From an uncultured Gammaproteobacteria bacterium (GTDB lineage Bacteria > Patescibacteriota > Microgenomatia > Levybacterales > UBA12049), in the NCBI GenBank assembly GCA_965230895.1, contig OZ246394.1:1121887-1185886 (forward strand): a DNA stretch of 64,000 bases, in the 5' to 3' direction. Below, in pieces: positions 59,022 through 64,000 of this stretch. A program made the translations under genes and the position numbers. The notes beneath the pieces were generated by a model, which was given only the letters and a program-made list of their open reading frames with translations, was not told the DNA's origin and made no database searches. How positions within the stretch are numbered: position 1 is the first letter of the stretch; every line of letters begins with the position of its first letter.

Positions 59022-62000
59022 ATGACTGAACGCGAACCAACACATAAAGAAAGAAAGGGAAAAGGCCATAAAGATATGGGCGGAGAAATTGTATCTCCGG
59101 CGGAGCTTCTTGCACCATATGATAAACCTCCATTTGACCCGCTTAGACAAGGTGGACTACTTACAACTGCAACGACAACAGAAGCATATGTAAGACCTTC
59201 CTATTTTAGAAAAAACCCTGAAGGGCTTACGAAAAGTGATGTTAAAGGTATTTATATGGAGGATAAGCCGCCAGAAAAATTAGGTTTTACTGAAATTGAT
59301 TCTGGTCTTGAAGGAGAATATTTTATTTTTGATGACCAAGGCGAAACAGTCTCGGCAATGAATCCAGGAGACCCTTTCAGGACTGCGCTAGAAAGATTTA
59401 ATGCAACTGCACAAGAAAATGGTCAAGAAGAGATTGGATACACAGTGGAAATGGCTGCAAATTGTGTTGAGTTAACCTTCGATCATGGAACGGATATTAA
59501 ACGAAGAAACAGAAGTTACCTAGGCACGCTAAAATCACTTGTAAAAATTGCAGACGAAACTGGAGTAAATATTGCACCAATAGCAAATATCCCACATAGA
59601 CGACTACAACCAGAGGAAATAACTGATGATCCATATACACAAAAAATAACATTCGATGTTCAAGGATGGGATGCAGCACAACATTTTGACATTGCATCAA
59701 TTCAACCACACGTAGAAGTGCTCGATCATTTAGCTGCCCGCAAAGTAATCAATCATTTACAGCATGTATCACCTATTCTTTTGGGTGCAACTCTTTCTGG
59801 ACCATTTATGGATGGACGTTTAGAGCCTAATCCTGAAGAACGATATGGTACTGCTCCTGGAGTTGATGGCGATCCATGGAAGGAAGCAACGATAGAAAAC
59901 TTAGAACAAGGCGAACATCATTCATACAGACCAAAAGGAAGATTTTTTGGATCCCCTTCTGGAGGAGTTCTGAGACAACCAATTCCAGAAGATGAGGAAG
60001 AATTCTTGGCATCTATTGGTGCAAAGTTGGAAAAAGGTGAAGTTCCAACTGCAGGACGAGAAGGTGGGCATCACACAGATAGATATCGAGTTGACATACC
60101 ACCGCATGGCACTCTTGAATTATGCACACTTGATCCCGCTGGAGGCAAAATAGAACGAGTTGTTTCCATGCGCGAATTTGTACGTGGACTTGGATGGAAG
60201 ATGCAAATGCATATTATTAATGGAGACTTTGAGCAAGTTCAAGAACGTTATCCAGCATTATTTGGCCAAGAACCATCAACCGAATCATTTGAGATAGCTC
60301 ATCATAATAGTATGCGCGTTGCAAAACATGGAGCAGATGCAATCTTACAAGGTATGGACGGAGAAGAACATACGACAAGAGAGCTTTGGACACAGCTAAG
60401 AGAATTTGTACAAGAACCATTTATAGACGAGGCACATGGTATTGCCTATGAAGGTCTCCCTCCAAGAATAATTGCAGAAGTAAGTAGAGCATTTCTTGAC
60501 CCTGATAAAACTATGGAGAAATTTAAAGATGCTGAAGGAATTACATCTGTTAAAGGTTTCTATGAAACTGGTATCGGGAATATCAGCCATTGGATGATGC
60601 AGGGTGCTAAGGACAGAATTGAATCAGGGATGGAAGAAAAAGAAGCTGTAATGGCTGTAACTGTTGATGTTGCGAAATCGTTTCATGAACATATTAAGAG
60701 CGCTTCAGAAAAAGACCTCGATACCCTTTATAAAAATCCAAACGGAACCTTTACTATCAACGCATTACCCACCGATGAAGCAAAAACATATTGGGATAAG
60801 CTCTTACAAAAAAATCTTGTACCTGATGCAGGTGAACATTTATTACAAATGGGACATCCTGTTGAGTTGCCGTCTACCCTTTCAGAGCAAATCGTCGCTG
60901 GAGCAAAGGCAACCCATGACATCATTTTGGCAAAGATAAAAGAACAAGGTGGCGTCACAGAATGGCTAAAGGATGCTCCCGTTATGTTTGGGCCCCATGT
61001 CATTAATGATCCCGAGGTAAATAAGCAACTTGATAGCAGAATAGATAAGGGATTTGGATTGCCGCTAGAATTCGACACTCTTTTAAGCCGTAAAGATGGA
61101 GAATTACATACTCCTATACTTGAGATTCATACCGCCATTAGCTATGAAACTGTCTTAGCGGATAGACTGGAAGCAGCTGGGTATGATACAACTGCTTCAA
61201 ACACAAGATTCGGTGAAACTTCTCCAGCAGATATTTATGCAAGCTTCCCAGAATTGTTTGCGGGAGGAGAACCTATTGTAGTAATGGATACTTTCCCATT
61301 TGATTCCACGAGACCAGATAAAGTTGGTATGCAGCGGCTTATGGGAAATCCAGACAGCCTCCCAATTTCGCCATTGGATATCATTGGCAAAGATGAGAAT
61401 GGATACTATTATCATCCGTACATTGAAGACCCTGAAAAACCACTTGATGCAAAAAGAGATGAACAAGGTAAACCGATAAAAGATACGTCAAAAACCGAAT
61501 ATGTAAAGCATGCGTTTGCGCGAATGGCACAATATGATCTTGATGTTTTGTGGGACACGATTAATGCAAATCCTGATAAAGAAGCTGCTCAGGAACAAGG
61601 AGATTTAATAGCACAATTTCTACGAGATAGTTCCGTTAATTGGGTTTGGCATCCTTCATGGCAACATCTCGGTGACAAAAAAATGATGCCAGATGTTAGA
61701 AAAAAAATGATCGAAGACGCCAACCCGCTTGCTGATCAGTATGTTCCAGTTTATGGGGCAGGAGAAACAGTAGTTGAGTCAGGCAAATATATAAAAAAGC
61801 CTACAAGCGCACAACATGGGGTTGATCAGTCAAGAGAAACTGTACAACAGAATGATGTTGTTACAGTAGAAGAAGGATATGTATATCAAGGACTTATAAC
61901 ACCTTTACCTGTGGTATCGTACGTTGAGGGTTACCTCGCTGAAGAGATGAGAAGAGCTGATCAAACTACATTGCGAAGCATCGATAGAGTCGCAGGAAAC

Positions 62001-62276
62001 AATTTAAGACCAATTACTGGACAACTTGAAATTAGAGCTTTAATACCTCCCTACTGGAGAACAGATACAGAGGATACTGCAGGTGAAATCGCTGGTAGAT
62101 ATATGACAAGATTTGCTCCTCGCTGGGATAGACCAGAGAAAGAGCTAAAGCTTACCCAAACCAACGCTTTAGGAATAACAACAGCACTTCATAGACATCT
62201 TGATTCGACCCAAGACAATGAAAACCACGTGTTCTATCCGTATGGTATGGCTCCGGTAGTCGTCTACGAAGCATAA
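59022..62276 (+). CDS. Large (1084 aa) protein with N-terminal GCS2/YbdK-like carboxylate-amine ligase region and about 650 aa uncharacterised C-terminal region
   Basis: The blocks GVNIAPIANIPHRR, IQPHVEV and LLGATLSGPFMDGR line up with the GTHPF, GQHVHVG and LSAASPYMQG motifs of the glutamate-cysteine-ligase family 2. There is no signal peptide or TM segment. Confidence 0.4.
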   Translation: MTEREPTHKERKGKGHKDMGGEIVSPAELLAPYDKPPFDPLRQGGLLTTATTTEAYVRPSYFRKNPEGLTKSDVKGIYMEDKPPEKLGFTEIDSGLEGEYFIFDDQGETVSAMNPGDPFRTALERFNATAQENGQEEIGYTVEMAANCVELTFDHGTDIKRRNRSYLGTLKSLVKIADETGVNIAPIANIPHRRLQPEEITDDPYTQKITFDVQGWDAAQHFDIASIQPHVEVLDHLAARKVINHLQHVSPILLGATLSGPFMDGRLEPNPEERYGTAPGVDGDPWKEATIENLEQGEHHSYRPKGRFFGSPSGGVLRQPIPEDEEEFLASIGAKLEKGEVPTAGREGGHHTDRYRVDIPPHGTLELCTLDPAGGKIERVVSMREFVRGLGWKMQMHIINGDFEQVQERYPALFGQEPSTESFEIAHHNSMRVAKHGADAILQGMDGEEHTTRELWTQLREFVQEPFIDEAHGIAYEGLPPRIIAEVSRAFLDPDKTMEKFKDAEGITSVKGFYETGIGNISHWMMQGAKDRIESGMEEKEAVMAVTVDVAKSFHEHIKSASEKDLDTLYKNPNGTFTINALPTDEAKTYWDKLLQKNLVPDAGEHLLQMGHPVELPSTLSEQIVAGAKATHDIILAKIKEQGGVTEWLKDAPVMFGPHVINDPEVNKQLDSRIDKGFGLPLEFDTLLSRKDGELHTPILEIHTAISYETVLADRLEAAGYDTTASNTRFGETSPADIYASFPELFAGGEPIVVMDTFPFDSTRPDKVGMQRLMGNPDSLPISPLDIIGKDENGYYYHPYIEDPEKPLDAKRDEQGKPIKDTSKTEYVKHAFARMAQYDLDVLWDTINANPDKEAAQEQGDLIAQFLRDSSVNWVWHPSWQHLGDKKMMPDVRKKMIEDANPLADQYVPVYGAGETVVESGKYIKKPTSAQHGVDQSRETVQQNDVVTVEEGYVYQGLITPLPVVSYVEGYLAEEMRRADQTTLRSIDRVAGNNLRPITGQLEIRALIPPYWRTDTEDTAGEIAGRYMTRFAPRWDRPEKELKLTQTNALGITTALHRHLDSTQDNENHVFYPYGMAPVVVYEA

Positions 62277-62317
62277 CTTGCCATTACATTCCTATTTTTT
62301 TATACTGGAACTATCCT

Positions 62318-63103
62318 ATGAATCTTAATGACTTCCCTCTTTTCTCCTCTGAGATGATTAAAAACTACATTTATGTGGGTATAACATTGCTGGTCGCTGT
62401 TTTGGTTGATAATATTCTCCGATCGCTTATCAAAGTTCCAAAGCATTTTGACAACAGACGTGCACGACGCTTTACGGTTATTACTCGAAATATGATAACT
62501 GCAGTTGTCTATTCTATCACGGCATATATTATTTTGACACTCTTGGGGATTGACCTGACTCCACTTCTGGCCTCAGCCTCGATTATTGGTATCATTCTTG
62601 GTATTGGAGCACGATCAATTATTGAAGACTTTGTTACTGGTCTTTTTCTTCTTTCCCATGATTCTGTAGCTATGGGTGACTATGTAAAAATAGCAGACAA
62701 TGTTGAAGGATATGTAGAAAGGATGGATTCAAGAACAATGACTATTCGGGGCCAAGATGGCTCACTTTATTTAATTCCCAATGGACAAATAAAGGGAATC
62801 TCAAACTATTCACGGAATAAAGCAAATGTCCTTATTGATCTCCCCCTTAAAGCAAATCAAGATATTAATAAAACTATCAAATGTGCAGAAAAAGCTCTTG
62901 ATGATCTAAAAAAAGATGACAAGCTAGGCGATGCAGTTTTAAATGGCTCTGCAGTTAATGGGATTGAAGATTTTAGAAATCCTGAAATTATGATCTTAAG
63001 AGTTACGTTGATTACGCAACCTATTCGCAGATGGGAATTAGGAAGAAAATACCGATACTTAGTCAAGCGAGAGTTCGAAAAGAGCAAGATTACTTTTGCC
63101 TAA
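62318..63103 (+). CDS. Small-conductance mechanosensitive channel (MscS family)
   Basis: 3 TM segments plus a beta domain, with a conserved pore helix and GDYVKI..VEGYVERMDSRTMTIRGQDGSLYLIPNGQ. Confidence 0.8.
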   Translation: MNLNDFPLFSSEMIKNYIYVGITLLVAVLVDNILRSLIKVPKHFDNRRARRFTVITRNMITAVVYSITAYIILTLLGIDLTPLLASASIIGIILGIGARSIIEDFVTGLFLLSHDSVAMGDYVKIADNVEGYVERMDSRTMTIRGQDGSLYLIPNGQIKGISNYSRNKANVLIDLPLKANQDINKTIKCAEKALDDLKKDDKLGDAVLNGSAVNGIEDFRNPEIMILRVTLITQPIRRWELGRKYRYLVKREFEKSKITFA

Positions 63104-63143
63104 CTCTTGACAGAGCTTCTTTGATCTGCTCTACTAAATATAG

Positions 63144-63602
63144 ATGAAAAAGAAACTGTCCACTAAAACAAGTTCATCGAAGAGTACTCGCCGTACAACA
63201 AGAAAAGTAACAAGCGGCGGTCAAACTATCGTTTTCCATAGAATTGTCATTGTCAGTGCAGTTCTCGCCCTCTTTGTCGTTGGAGCGATTACATTAAATC
63301 GACATGATGTTATGAAGTCTGTAGCAGGGACAAGCATTATGCGTGGTGCTTTTGCAGAAGCAACCGTTAAAGTTCCTAACGATCTCCAAAATGCTGTTTC
63401 ATATACTATCTATTACAAACAGGCAGATGAGAAAGAATTCACTAACTCAGTTCAAAATGTGTCTCCTACTGTTGGATCATACACTATCTCCCATCTTAAA
63501 AAAGGTGCTTCATATGAGTACAGATTTGCTGCTGTAGATGCATCCGGAAAAGAATATATGTACTCAGAGATTATTCCTCTTACTGATCTTCGATCAATGT
63601 AA
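63144..63602 (+). CDS. Membrane-anchored hypothetical protein (152 aa)
   Basis: Basic N-terminal tail, one TM, and a small beta-rich domain. Confidence 0.4.
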   Translation: MKKKLSTKTSSSKSTRRTTRKVTSGGQTIVFHRIVIVSAVLALFVVGAITLNRHDVMKSVAGTSIMRGAFAEATVKVPNDLQNAVSYTIYYKQADEKEFTNSVQNVSPTVGSYTISHLKKGASYEYRFAAVDASGKEYMYSEIIPLTDLRSM

Positions 63603-63612
63603 TCATCTCTTT

Positions 63613-64000
63613 TTAAATCTGCACTTTAGAGAATAAATATGCTCCAACAGTTAAGACAATTGCTGTCAAAACTGAAAGTATCAGAAGATCCAGCCCTAAC
63701 CCAAAATGACTAGCACCAGTTAATGTCCCTCTAATACCATCGACTCCATAGGTTAAAGGGTCAATCATGGTCACTGCACCTAAAGCAGGCGGTAAATTAT
63801 TTAAAGGGAATAATGCCCCAGAAAGAAAAAACGTCGGCTGTACTAAAAAATTCATAATAAGTTGAAATCCACTGATATCTTCGAGAATTGATGCAAGCGC
63901 AATTCCTACCCCAGTATAAAAAACTGCTACCAAAATCATGAACAGGAAGGTTAAAGGAAGAAGCGAGAAGTCAGGACGAAAACCAAAAATAGTAGCTAAA
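63613..64000 (-). CDS. ABC-2 type transporter permease, C-terminal part (gene continues beyond window end)
   Basis: The frame stays open upstream of the first in-window ATG (63939) to the window edge. The hydrophobic C-terminus is typical of ABC-2 permeases. Confidence 0.5.
   Translation of the reverse strand, partial: LATIFGFRPDFSLLPLTFLFMILVAVFYTGVGIALASILEDISGFQLIMNFLVQPTFFLSGALFPLNNLPPALGAVTMIDPLTYGVDGIRGTLTGASHFGLGLDLLILSVLTAIVLTVGAYLFSKVQI

Noticed and set aside
1-64000. CRISPR arrays, rRNA genes, transposases or integrases.
   Set aside because: No regularly spaced direct repeats, no rRNA-like conserved stretches, and no DDE or tyrosine-recombinase motifs were seen in any long ORF.

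Overview
This is a low-GC (about 35-40% by eye) bacterial chromosomal window with features typical of a small, streamlined genome. It is consistent with Candidate Phyla Radiation / Patescibacteria, possibly Saccharibacteria-like, on these grounds: L30 is absent between S5 and L15; several r-proteins carry Lys/Ala/Glu-rich tails; S14 (Z-type) and L36 have the zinc-binding Cys motifs; PilN/PilO-like genes are present; and FemAB plus LCP enzymes indicate a Gram-positive-like envelope. The taxonomic call cannot be confirmed without a database search.

The backbone, on the minus strand from 7.0 to 25.6 kb, is a nearly complete ribosomal superoperon that reads, in transcription order: tuf, rpsJ, rplC, rplD, rplW, rplB, rpsS, rplV, rpsC, rplP, rpmC, rpsQ, rplN, rplX, rplE, rpsN(Z), rpsH, rplF, rplR, rpsE, rplO, secY, adk, cmk, map, infA, rpmJ, rpsM, rpsK, rpsD, rpoA, rplQ, rplM, rpsI. 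cmk sits unusually between adk and map.

fusA (32.5-34.7 kb) is separated from tuf by an inserted block of about 6.9 kb. That block holds two tandem paralogous membrane-anchored proteins (TolB-like beta-propeller guess), a GH18-like protein, an ICMT-family methyltransferase and a PIG-L deacetylase. rpsL and rpsG are not upstream of fusA.

Further features of interest:
- A compositionally distinct, GC-richer three-gene minus-strand module sits at the window start (1-5753). It comprises a giant protein of more than 1000 aa that runs off the window edge (which is why it is missing from the ORF track), a small acidic protein, and a 732-aa PP2C-phosphatase-domain protein.
- A bactofilin-like beta-helix membrane protein lies at 5821-7002.
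- A PilN/PilO-like locus with an FN3 surface protein lies at 35.6-38.6 kb.
- A cell-envelope glycosylation cluster lies at 38.6-49.0 kb: a Glf-like flavoenzyme, two paralogous GT-C glycosyltransferases with an HPDER motif, a GT4, a HAD hydrolase, a YYY/DUF2298 membrane protein, and LCP.
- A 1084-aa protein has an N-terminal GCS2-like carboxylate-amine ligase region and lies next to a C26 gamma-glutamyl-hydrolase-like amidotransferase.

Other genes present are UvrD-family helicase, FemAB, RNase HI, ClpB without its N-domain, MscS and tpiA. No rRNA, tRNA or CRISPR was detected by eye.
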